From the NCBI GenBank assembly GCA_965116565.1, contig OZ220699.1, positions 483,589-547,588 on the forward strand: a stretch of DNA of 64,000 bases. The letters run 5' to 3'. Under the pieces are notes generated by a model that saw nothing but the letters and a program-made list of their open reading frames with translations, made no database searches and had not been told where the DNA came from. Source of the DNA: Dehalococcoidia bacterium (lineage in GTDB: Bacteria; Chloroflexota; Dehalococcoidia; Lucifugimonadales; UBA3495). The position numbers and the translations under genes were made by a program. Below, piece by piece: positions 26,838 through 35,338 of the stretch. Within the stretch, counting starts at the first letter, position 1, and every line of letters begins with the position of its first letter.

Positions 26838-26901
26838 CATGCTCGGCCTAACCATTTCGGACGAACGGGACGCGCTGTAGCAAATGTTTTACGAATACTG
26901 A
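26838..26901 (+). pseudogene. Diverged copy of the last 21 codons of the asparaginase gene
   Basis: 52/64 nt identical to 25141-25204, no indels; MLGLTISDERDAL*QMFYEY* vs MLGLTVSNDRDTLQQMFYEY*. Confidence 0.9.
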
Positions 26902-26973
26902 TACCCCATTGCATTTATCGGAGTGTATAATGCGCTCCATTCCGCCTCTGGAGCCACATTAGGAGCGCGACGA

Positions 26974-28347
26974 ATGGCACACGCAGCCAGCATCAGTCCT
27001 TCGCAACCCGACACTCAGGACGTGGAGCCGCGCACCAAGGGCTCCGTGATGGCGACCACGCTCATCGGGGCGCACGCCTTCGAACATCTCTACGCCCACA
27101 GCATACCCCTGTTGGCGACGGTGATCGCCCTCGACCTGGGACTTGGCGCGCTGCAGGTGGGAATGATCGTGGTGGTGCGATCGATTTTCGGCGGTCTGAC
27201 CAGCGTGTCCGGCGGCATCCTGGTGGACCTGTTCCACCACAGAGTGGCCTGGGTGTTGTCCATCAGCACCTTTATGATCGGCACCGGTTACCTGCTCATG
27301 TCCATCGCGCCCACCTTTGGGCTGATAATCGGCGCCCTGGCCCTGGGTTCCATGGGCAGCGCGTTGTGGCATCCGCCGGCCTTGGGCCTGCTGGCACGCC
27401 GATTCCCACAGCGGCGCGGCCTGTTCATATCGATGCACCGCTCCACGGGCAGCATCGGCGACGTGCTGGGGCCGATGGTCGCCGGGGCGTTGGTGCTGGG
27501 CGCGCTGGCCTGGAGCGCCGGCGAAGCCGAGGACATCGTAACCCAGGGTTGCGGAGCGCTGCCCTTCTGCTGGCAATTGCCCTGGCCCGCCATCAGCTGG
27601 CGTTGGGTGCTGGGCGTCAGCACGCCGATAATGTTCATCTCCACCGTGCTGATATTCATCCTGCTGCGCAACGCCGGTGGGGAGCGTCCCGTCGGCGTGG
27701 ACGTAAGCGCGCGCGTCCGCACCAACTGGGCCGGAATGAAGGACGCCTTCCGCGGCACCGGAATGTGGGCCATCTTCACCGTGTCCGCCGTTCGCGGCAT
27801 GGCCGACCGGTCGCTGGTGTTCCTGATCCCCCTGTACCTGACCCAGGCGCTGGGCGCGAACACCTTCCTGGCATCGGCCCACGTCGCCCTCATGGTCGGC
27901 CCCGGCATCCTGGCCGGCCCGCTGATCGGCGCGTTCTCGGACAAGGTGGGCCGCCGCCCGCTGATCATCTTCATCATGGCGGCCACCACGCTGCTGACCC
28001 TCGGCATCATCTGGGCCGGCCAGTCGCACCAGGTATATACCTTCTGGATCACACTCTTTGTGGGAATCTACGGCCTGCTGAACTTCTCGGTGAACAACCT
28101 GACCCAGGCCGCCGCCGCCGACATCGCCGCCGGCCGTCGCCTGGAGTCCAGCTTCCTCGGCCTGATGTGGGGCAACAACACGCTGTTCGGCGCCGTTGCG
28201 GCCGTCATGATCTTCGGGCCGGTGGAATGGTTCGACTGGCAGTACGGGTTCTACATTGCGGCCGGGATCTACTTCGTGGGCCTGCTGGTGTCTCTGCTGA
28301 TCCCCGGCAAGCCCAAGGAACCCGAAGCGGTGGCGGTTCCGGCCTGA
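26974..28347 (+). CDS. MFS transporter (paralog 1)
   Basis: ~12 TM, WHPPALG, GAFSDKVGRR motif A in C-half; AGGAG RBS before ATG 26974. Confidence 0.9.
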   Translation: MAHAASISPSQPDTQDVEPRTKGSVMATTLIGAHAFEHLYAHSIPLLATVIALDLGLGALQVGMIVVVRSIFGGLTSVSGGILVDLFHHRVAWVLSISTFMIGTGYLLMSIAPTFGLIIGALALGSMGSALWHPPALGLLARRFPQRRGLFISMHRSTGSIGDVLGPMVAGALVLGALAWSAGEAEDIVTQGCGALPFCWQLPWPAISWRWVLGVSTPIMFISTVLIFILLRNAGGERPVGVDVSARVRTNWAGMKDAFRGTGMWAIFTVSAVRGMADRSLVFLIPLYLTQALGANTFLASAHVALMVGPGILAGPLIGAFSDKVGRRPLIIFIMAATTLLTLGIIWAGQSHQVYTFWITLFVGIYGLLNFSVNNLTQAAAADIAAGRRLESSFLGLMWGNNTLFGAVAAVMIFGPVEWFDWQYGFYIAAGIYFVGLLVSLLIPGKPKEPEAVAVPA

Positions 28348-28371
28348 TCGCCTGATGGTTGTCCTCAACAC

Positions 28372-28400
28372 GCAGGGGGCGGGTTTGAGACCCGCCCCCA
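28372..28400 (+). repeat. RAYT-type REP hairpin
   Basis: GCAG-GGGGCGGGT-TTGAG-ACCCGCCCC; near-identical to 34370-34395 in opposite orientation. Confidence 0.8.
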
Positions 28401-28423
28401 CATCCGTATGCGGCGGTCCATAG

Positions 28424-29761
28424 ATGGCGCACGCGTCCGCGCCGCCACAGCCGGCGCCGAATGTACCGACCACCGAAGGCCGCCGCACGGGCAACGGCGT
28501 GATGGCCTCCACGCTCATCGGCGCCCACGCCTTCGAGCACTTCTTCTCCAACGCCATCCCTCTGCTCACCACGTTCATCGCCGCCGACATGGGGTTGAGC
28601 GCCCTCCAGGTGGGGGTGATTGTGGCCGTGCGCTCGGCGTTTGCCGGAGTCACCAGCGTTCTGGGCGGGTTCCTGTCGGACCTGTTCCACCACCGGGTGG
28701 CGTGGGTGCTGTCGATCAGCGCGTTCCTTTCGGGCATCGGCCTGCTGATGATGGCGGTGTCGCCATCCTTTGCGCCGCTGCTGATCGCGCTGGCCTGCGC
28801 GTCGTCCGGAGCGGCGCTGTGGCATCCCCCGGCGCTGGGGCTATTGGCGCAGAGATTCCCCAGCCGGCGCGCCCTGTTCATATCCATGCACCGCTCCACC
28901 GGCAGCGTCGGCGACGTTCTGGGTCCGATGGCCGCCGGCATCCTGCTGCTGGGCGCGTTGCAATGGGAGGCCTCGGATGGCCTGACCGTAGGGTGGGAAC
29001 TGGGCTGGGAGCCGATCGGCTGGCGCATGTGGCTGGCCGTCAGCGCGCCCGTGATGATCGTCTCGGCGTTCATCATCTATGGACTGCTGCGCCACGCGGG
29101 CAACGCGCCGGTGTTGAACATCGACATCGTCCAGCGGATGCGCCACCAGTGGGACAGCACCCGGGTGGCGTTTCGCGGCACCGGCCTGTGGGCGATATTC
29201 GCGGTGTCTGCGGTGCGCGGCATGGCCGACGGCTCGCTGCTGTTCCTGGTGCCGCTTTACATGACGCAGGCGCTGGGGGTCAACTCATTCCAGGCGGCGG
29301 CGCACCTGGCCCTGATGGTCGGGCCGGCCATGGTGACGGCGCCGCTCATCGGAGCGCTCTCGGACAAGGTGGGACGAAAGTCCTTGATCGTGTTCCTGAT
29401 GGCGTTCACCACGGTGCTGACCGTGGCCATGCCGCTCAGCGGGCAGCAGTATTCCCCGTGGATCACCGTCTGCGTCGCGCTGTACGGGTTGCAGCACTTC
29501 ACGGTGATCAACCTCACGTCGGCGGCAGCGGCGGACGTGGCCGCGCGGTACCGGCTGGAATCGAGTTTCCTGGGCTTGATGTGGGGCAACAACGTTCTGT
29601 TCGGGGCGGTGGCCGCCGTGCTGATTTTCGGGCCGATCGAGTGGTTGGACTGGCAGTACGGCTTTTTCATCGCGGCCGGCATCTACTTCGTCGGCCTGCT
29701 GGCGTCGCTGATGATCCCGAGCGACCGCGGAGGGCCGGAACCGGCGGCGGCCTCCGCCTGA
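28424..29761 (+). CDS. MFS transporter (paralog 2)
   Basis: Colinear paralog of 26974..28347; GALSDKVGRK. Confidence 0.9.
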   Translation: MAHASAPPQPAPNVPTTEGRRTGNGVMASTLIGAHAFEHFFSNAIPLLTTFIAADMGLSALQVGVIVAVRSAFAGVTSVLGGFLSDLFHHRVAWVLSISAFLSGIGLLMMAVSPSFAPLLIALACASSGAALWHPPALGLLAQRFPSRRALFISMHRSTGSVGDVLGPMAAGILLLGALQWEASDGLTVGWELGWEPIGWRMWLAVSAPVMIVSAFIIYGLLRHAGNAPVLNIDIVQRMRHQWDSTRVAFRGTGLWAIFAVSAVRGMADGSLLFLVPLYMTQALGVNSFQAAAHLALMVGPAMVTAPLIGALSDKVGRKSLIVFLMAFTTVLTVAMPLSGQQYSPWITVCVALYGLQHFTVINLTSAAAADVAARYRLESSFLGLMWGNNVLFGAVAAVLIFGPIEWLDWQYGFFIAAGIYFVGLLASLMIPSDRGGPEPAAASA

Positions 29762-29817
29762 TAGCCCGACGCAGCCCGCTATAATGGTTGCAGATCCGTA
29801 GCATTCGGAGGCCGGAG

Positions 29818-30573
29818 ATGCTGACGCCGGAGCAGATACAGGAAGTCAAGGCCATTGTGCGTGAGGCTGACCGCGCCTTTGACCGGCGCAACTACGAAGG
29901 TTTCTCGCAGAAAATCTGGGACGCCACGGCGCAGGCCATCCGGTTCATCGCCAAAGAGCGGGGTTGGCCCCACGAAACCGACGCGGATATTGACGCTGCC
30001 GGACGTGGGTTAGCCGGCGAGTACGATGATGCCGGTTCTGCACTGTCCGAATTCCGCACCGCAGACTTCTGCCGAGTCAACGGTCAGGGTCTCGTGTTGC
30101 ACAGGTACGAAATCGAAGAAGATCGGGATCTCGCGTACACCTTTGTAGAACGATTGGCGGGAACTTCGTTGTGCGATGATAGAGCACCGAGGAGACGGGC
30201 AATTGCTCTGTTCGGTGAGGAGGCTAATACAGTCAAAGACATGGTCGCAAAAGCCGATGCAGCATTTGCCCGGCAGGATTATCAGAGGTTCTACGCGCAA
30301 ATGTGGGACGCAACTGCCCAAGCCATCCGCTTCGTGGCTATGGAACGAGGCTGGCCTTACGAAACCGACGCCGACATCGAGACCGCCGGCTTGCGATTAG
30401 CCCGAGATTACGAAGACGATTTTGACGCAATGGCGGAACTGAGCTTTGCCCGATTCGCTCGCGTCAACGGGCGTTGCCTGGCGCTCAAAGATTACGAAAT
30501 CTCCGAGGACTGGGAAATCTCCGTCCGCTTCGTAGATCGGCTGCTCGGCACGTCGTCCCGCTACAAGCCATGA
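29818..30573 (+). CDS. Tandem-duplicated PaREP1/HEPN-like domain protein lacking His motifs
   Basis: Two copies of WDATAQAIRF.A.ERGWP.ETDADI; GGAG RBS; TATAAT at 29780. Confidence 0.65.
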   Translation: MLTPEQIQEVKAIVREADRAFDRRNYEGFSQKIWDATAQAIRFIAKERGWPHETDADIDAAGRGLAGEYDDAGSALSEFRTADFCRVNGQGLVLHRYEIEEDRDLAYTFVERLAGTSLCDDRAPRRRAIALFGEEANTVKDMVAKADAAFARQDYQRFYAQMWDATAQAIRFVAMERGWPYETDADIETAGLRLARDYEDDFDAMAELSFARFARVNGRCLALKDYEISEDWEISVRFVDRLLGTSSRYKP

Positions 30574-30923
30574 CCGCCACAGAGTGCATTGACGCATACC
30601 GCAGATTTTCCGTTTTGGCGGAGCAGCATTTTAGTCAAGGCGATGACCGTGCCGGCGCCGAAATGCTGTATGGCGCGCTGACTCAGATCATCATAGCAAT
30701 TGCCCTGGGGCGCCGAGCGGAGTTTCGAGAACATCAACACCGTAGGCGGGTCGTTCGCGCGCTCACCACCGAACTCAACGATTCTGGAATAGGCAAAGCC
30801 TTCGCCGCGGCTCAGCGGCTGCATGTACATTTCTACCTAAATAACCTGGCTGGGGATGACCTGGTGGAAGACATCAGCGATACTCATACTCTCATCAACC
30901 GCCTCCTGCCCCTAACCTCCTGA
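30570..30923 (+). CDS. PaREP1-family (HEPN-like) protein
   Basis: GAEMLYGA, EHQH, AQRLHVHFY motif; ATGA overlap with the upstream gene. Confidence 0.75.
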   Translation: MTATECIDAYRRFSVLAEQHFSQGDDRAGAEMLYGALTQIIIAIALGRRAEFREHQHRRRVVRALTTELNDSGIGKAFAAAQRLHVHFYLNNLAGDDLVEDISDTHTLINRLLPLTS

Positions 30924-30925
30924 CC

Positions 30926-31594
30926 ATGACCGCCATCCGCACATCCGGCCTCCTGTTCCTCATCACCGCCGTCGCCACGGCGGTATCGGTGATGACCCGT
31001 CTCAGCGGCAGCGCGGAGCCTCTTGAAGGCAGTCCCATCCAGGTCCCAATCATCCTGGACCAGGGCCAGTACGTGATCGCAGGGGCGGCCCGCACCATCT
31101 CCGGATTCGCGCTGGTGGCAGCGGCGGCGTTTCTGAGGCTCGCGCTGCGTCGAGGGCAACCGGTAACGGTGGGGATCGCCACTACATTGCTGGAACTCTC
31201 GGGGACGGCGACGGCGATTTCCGGAGTGTCGATGCTGGCCCTGGCCGGATGGTTGCCACAGGCCGCGGAAGGGACCGCAACGCTCGTGGCCTGGGACGCT
31301 CCGGGCTGGATGGGAGCGGTTGACGGCGCGCGCTGGTTCGCCGGCAAGGTGGGATTCACGCTGGCCGGCCTGGGCCTCATCGCGCTGGGGCCGGTACAGT
31401 GGCGCATGGGCGGGATATTCAAAATCAGCGCGGTCGTCGACGTCATTATCGGCGTAGCCATGCTCTTTATCTGGGTAGATGCCGCCACCGTGATGCACCG
31501 TATATCCGGCATCGCCTTCCTGGTCTGGCTGATCATTATGGGCGTCTGGCTGACGCTGGGCCTGATCAAGTCTCCCCAACCCGCGACGACGTAA
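30926..31594 (+). CDS. Multi-pass membrane protein (DUF4386-like)
   Basis: About six TM segments, ends 'AFLVWLIIMGVWL'. Confidence 0.65.
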   Translation: MTAIRTSGLLFLITAVATAVSVMTRLSGSAEPLEGSPIQVPIILDQGQYVIAGAARTISGFALVAAAAFLRLALRRGQPVTVGIATTLLELSGTATAISGVSMLALAGWLPQAAEGTATLVAWDAPGWMGAVDGARWFAGKVGFTLAGLGLIALGPVQWRMGGIFKISAVVDVIIGVAMLFIWVDAATVMHRISGIAFLVWLIIMGVWLTLGLIKSPQPATT

Positions 31595-31652
31595 CCTGTC
31601 AGTGCGGGCCCACCTCCGCCGGATGAGTTAATGCCAAAATTCCCCCGGCAAG

Positions 31653-31760
31653 TGACACCCGCCCGTTGTCCGCAGTAGCGCCCACGTTCTATCCTGCATT
31701 CGTCAGGTCCCCAACCGGTGATCGAGAACCGCGCGGGGTCGTCGCATCGCATGCAGTGGC
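31653..31760. repeat. ~110-bp dispersed repeat, copy 1 (copy 2 at 61496-61604)
   Basis: About 89% identical to copy 2 (11 substitutions, 1 indel); both intergenic, same orientation. Confidence 0.9.
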
Positions 31761-32072
31761 GTTTCACCAAACCATTGAAACATAGCGAGGTGTCAAAAGG
31801 TTCGGGTCAATAAACGGCCTGTCGGGTAACCGACGGCAGAATATGGTTCCCAAGGGGCCTATGGGTGGTTCAATCCCCGACCAGGCTCCCGGAACCCCCA
31901 AACCCTCCCACCGGCCCGCCAAAACCACTATTTTCGCCCCCAAAACCGGCCCAATCCGCCACCATTCACCCCCAAGTCCAACCTCACCGCCCTACTCAAA
32001 TGAACGGAAATGAGCGGAAGTGAGCGGGTTTTCGCAAAACCCCCACCGTCCCAATCCATCCCGCCCGCGATC

Positions 32073-32097
32073 GTCATTCCGGCGAAAGCCGGAATCC
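32073..32097 (+). repeat. GTCATTCCGGCGAAAGCCGGAATCC-type REP
   Basis: ATTCCGGC-GAAA-GCCGGAAT hairpin; relatives at 32498 and 61317. Confidence 0.85.
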
Positions 32098-32116
32098 GGA
32101 TCTCAGAGGTAACCCC

Positions 32117-32449
32117 ATGACCATCTCCCAAATCCGTCGTCGCATCGACGCCCTCAAGCGCCGGTTCGCCCCCGAACTCGCCATCATCAGGCTCCGCCGC
32201 ATCGCCGAGGCCGTCGCCGACGATTGGGACCCCGACCATCCTCCCGAACCCGCCGACGTCATACAGCGTATCGCCCGTGCCGGCTTCTGCCTCAACACCT
32301 TCACCAACCTCAGCCGCTACCTCAAAGACACCCGACTCCAGAGTGATGTCCCCATACCCGAATCAATCGTCCTCAGACTCCTCCCCTGGGCCAGCGCCGA
32401 TCGCTATAGCGGCCTCCTCCGCTGGGACCTGCCCGCCCCCGCGCGCTAG
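32117..32449 (+). CDS. Hypothetical protein
   Basis: GAGGT RBS, 110 aa, GC3-biased codons; bracketed by REPs. Confidence 0.65.
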   Translation: MTISQIRRRIDALKRRFAPELAIIRLRRIAEAVADDWDPDHPPEPADVIQRIARAGFCLNTFTNLSRYLKDTRLQSDVPIPESIVLRLLPWASADRYSGLLRWDLPAPAR

Positions 32450-32497
32450 CCGGCTTTGACATTTGGAACATGCCCCGTCGTTCCGGCGCCATCGTCC

Positions 32498-32550
32498 GTC
32501 ATTCCGGTGAAAGCCCGTCACCCCGTGCTTGACACAGGGCCGGAATCCAG
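32498..32550 (+). repeat. Composite REP: GTCATTCCGG..GCCGGAATCCAG element interrupted by a CACCCCGTGCTTGACACAGGG element
   Basis: gtcattccggtgaaagcc|cgtcaccccgtgcttgacacaggg|ccggaatccag. Confidence 0.7.
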
Positions 32551-32669
32551 TGAGTGCAAAATGAAGAGAAGCCCACCGCAACACCAACCGGCGCCACCCT
32601 TGACACACAACACATACTGCTGGTCCGCCTTGAGCGGATGGCAATCTCGTGACTCACAGGAGATCAAAA

Positions 32670-33167
32670 ATGCCCACCCGCGATGAAAACCTCGCCACCG
32701 TACGACGTATCCGCGACGAGCTGACGTCCTTGCTGGAGGGGATGGACTACTGCCTCGACTGGAAGGACGGCGACAACCGAGCCCTTGACCAATGGAGCGC
32801 GCGCGAGGTGCTGTATCACCTGGTGGACACACCTGAAGGCGGTATCGGCAGCGTCATCGCCGGCGTGTTGAACGGCGCCAGGGATGAGGTCACCATCCTG
32901 CCCGACGCCAACAACATGACGCCGGAGCGAATGGCAACGGATATGAACGAAGCGCTGTCCGGTCCGCTGGGCATCCTGCAGACGGCCGAGGATGCCATCG
33001 CCGGCGCGTCGGACGCGGACTTTACGGAGAAGGCCGCCATGGCCCACCTGCCGCACCGCGACATCCACGAGATGCGCACGGCCCAGTCGTTCATCGACGG
33101 GCTGGAACGGCACTGGGGCGAGCACCTGAACCAGCTGAGAGTGATTCGCGAGACGCTCGGCGTGTAG
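32670..33167 (+). CDS. DinB-superfamily protein
   Basis: WSAREVLYHL and HWGEHLNQL His motifs; AGGAG RBS. Confidence 0.7.
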   Translation: MPTRDENLATVRRIRDELTSLLEGMDYCLDWKDGDNRALDQWSAREVLYHLVDTPEGGIGSVIAGVLNGARDEVTILPDANNMTPERMATDMNEALSGPLGILQTAEDAIAGASDADFTEKAAMAHLPHRDIHEMRTAQSFIDGLERHWGEHLNQLRVIRETLGV

Positions 33168-33172
33168 CGCCG

Positions 33173-33388
33173 ATGCCAGGCTCGTTGGGCGCCATGGTTG
33201 CGGGTTTCAAGTCGGCAGCCACCAGGCGAATCAATACTGCACGCAATGCTCCCGGCGCACCGGTGTGGCAACGGAACCATTACGAGCGCGTTATCCGCAA
33301 TGAACGCAGCATTGACCGAATTCGCCAATACATCCGGCACAATCCGCTCAGGTAGCCGGATGACCCGGACAATCCGGCTAACCGGTAA
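33173..33388 (+). pseudogene. C-terminal remnant of REP-associated tyrosine transposase (RAYT, Y1)
   Basis: SLGAMVAGFKSAATRRIN...VWQRNHYERVIRNERSIDRIRQYIRHNPLR*(TAG at conserved W)PDDPDNP; HUH region absent. Confidence 0.85.
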
Positions 33389-33411
33389 TCGCAACCGGCC
33401 GGTCGCCCAAG

Positions 33412-33441
33412 TTGACACTTAGCCATCGTCGCGCATATATT
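33412..33441 (+). promoter_or_regulatory. Putative sigma70 promoter
   Basis: TTGACA-N18-TATATT upstream of the 33484 gene. Confidence 0.5.
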
Positions 33442-33483
33442 CCGTTCAATAATATCTATCACGCAAAACGGAGGAGATTAGAA

Positions 33484-34335
33484 ATGGCGACACCAAGAGG
33501 ACGAGTCAGCGTCGACGCCGGCAACGTAGGATTCATCGTGCAGCACGAACTGTGGGACGGGAACATCCAGGACCACTCCGACCAGGGCGTTGTGATCCTG
33601 GTGCAGGTGGGCGATGAGACGGCCCTGCGGTTCAACTGCTTCGACATCGAAAAGAGCTACGTGTACGCTCCCGACGGCAAGAACGTCCAGTACCGCATGG
33701 ACCAGACTACCGACGGCAACCCCATCGGTTGGTCGGTGCGCACCATGCGCAGCAACCTCGGCACCATGCTGGATGCCGCCGGCTACTCAGACGCCGCTGC
33801 CGGCCTGGACATGGACGCCGTGAACAAGGCGCTGGACGAGGTGGACAGCACTGCCCGCGTGAAGTTCGCTGCCGACCGCAACACGGTCAAGCACAACCGC
33901 GGCACCGACATCATCGAGGCCGGCAACATCCGCTTCGGGCTGGAGATGCGCCGCCAGGCTTCGGGCGACGGCGGGCTGGCCATCCACGTGCTGAGCGACC
34001 TGGCCGGCAACACCGGGCGGGTGTTCACGGAGGAGACCGAGTTGCTGGCGTTCGACTGCTTCCGCGACGAGCCGCACTACCACTACGGGCCGCGGAACAA
34101 GAATCACCGCATCTTCTGGGACAAGACGCTGGTCCCCGACCCGCTGGGCTGGTGCCTCGACCAGTTCAAGACGGGCAAGCTCAAGTCCATGATCGAGCGT
34201 GCCGGCTACCCCGGCGTCGCCGCCGACCTGGACGATGACGTGCTGGCGTCAGCCGTCCAGCGGGTGGAGCAGCGCGGCCGCGAAATGGAAGCCACCGGCA
34301 TCCCCGCCGAGGTAACACCCAACACCGTGCAGTAG
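33484..34335 (+). CDS. Hypothetical protein with two homologous domains
   Basis: Repeats LRFNCF/LAFDCF, NPIGWS/DPLGWC, DAAGY/ERAGY; GGAG RBS. Confidence 0.8.
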   Translation: MATPRGRVSVDAGNVGFIVQHELWDGNIQDHSDQGVVILVQVGDETALRFNCFDIEKSYVYAPDGKNVQYRMDQTTDGNPIGWSVRTMRSNLGTMLDAAGYSDAAAGLDMDAVNKALDEVDSTARVKFAADRNTVKHNRGTDIIEAGNIRFGLEMRRQASGDGGLAIHVLSDLAGNTGRVFTEETELLAFDCFRDEPHYHYGPRNKNHRIFWDKTLVPDPLGWCLDQFKTGKLKSMIERAGYPGVAADLDDDVLASAVQRVEQRGREMEATGIPAEVTPNTVQ

Positions 34336-34369
34336 GCCACGAAGATCAATCAACACTGGCAGAGCACAT

Positions 34370-34395
34370 GGGGCGGGTTTCAAACCCGCCCTTAC
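34370..34395 (-). repeat. RAYT-type REP hairpin
   Basis: Minus strand GTAA-GGGCGGGTTT-G-AAACCCGCCC. Confidence 0.8.
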
Positions 34396-34420
34396 TGACA
34401 ACGATACTCACACGCTCACT

Positions 34421-35338
34421 ATGTCTTCGCAACTCCCCCATCCCTTTCCTTATCAGGGCAGCAAGCGCAATATCGCCAAGCATATATTGCCGTACCTACC
34501 GAGCGATACAAGCCGCTTGATAGAGCCATTTTGCGGCTCTGCGGCTGTCACAATTGCAGCAGCAGCCCACGGGTTAGCTGGAAAATTTGTCCTCAATGAT
34601 ATTGACGCAGCGTTGATGGACCTTTGGGCAGAAATTATAGATAGGCCGGGTCAGTTAATGGATGGGTACGATCAACTCTGGAGTGAACAGCATGCGGACC
34701 GGAAAGAGCATTTTTACCGAATCCGAACAGAGTTCAACGAGACACACCACCCTCATCACCTGCTGTACTTACTGGCTAGGATCGTTAAGGGCGCAGTAAG
34801 GTACAGCTCGGATGGGTTTTTCAATCAGAGTCCAGACAATCGCCGGTCTGGTATGAAACCGGCGACTATGCGACGACAGATTTTTGGCGTCTCTGCATTG
34901 TTATCCGAGAGAACCACACTTTCTTCCCTGGATTTCAGGGATGTTGCGATGACGGCGAGGCCCTTGGACGTTGTGTATATGGACCCCCCATATCAAGGCA
35001 CTTCGTTTGTGAGAGATCATCGTTACTACAGCGGGATCACCTACAATGAATTCGCTGACGTTCTCGCCTTGATGAACTTGAACCACGTATCTTATATGGT
35101 CAGTTATGATGGCCGCACGGGGGAGAAACAACATGGGAAACAGCTCCCACGCGAACTTCGCCTGCGTCACTTGGAAATTTATGCGGGAAAATCGAGCCAA
35201 GCTACGCTTCTCGGACAAGACAGCGACACCGTCGAATCTTTGTATTTGTCTCCGGCACTGGTAAACAGACTGGACTCCATTGGGAGCGGTTATTTTCAGT
35301 CAGCACTATGGAAGCCAGCAGGTTTCCCGAATGAATGA
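34421..35338 (+). CDS. N6-adenine DNA methyltransferase (Dam/D12 alpha class) of a type II RM pair
   Basis: YQGSK, EPFCGSAAV (motif I), VYMDPPY (motif IV); lower GC. Confidence 0.92.
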   Translation: MSSQLPHPFPYQGSKRNIAKHILPYLPSDTSRLIEPFCGSAAVTIAAAAHGLAGKFVLNDIDAALMDLWAEIIDRPGQLMDGYDQLWSEQHADRKEHFYRIRTEFNETHHPHHLLYLLARIVKGAVRYSSDGFFNQSPDNRRSGMKPATMRRQIFGVSALLSERTTLSSLDFRDVAMTARPLDVVYMDPPYQGTSFVRDHRYYSGITYNEFADVLALMNLNHVSYMVSYDGRTGEKQHGKQLPRELRLRHLEIYAGKSSQATLLGQDSDTVESLYLSPALVNRLDSIGSGYFQSALWKPAGFPNE

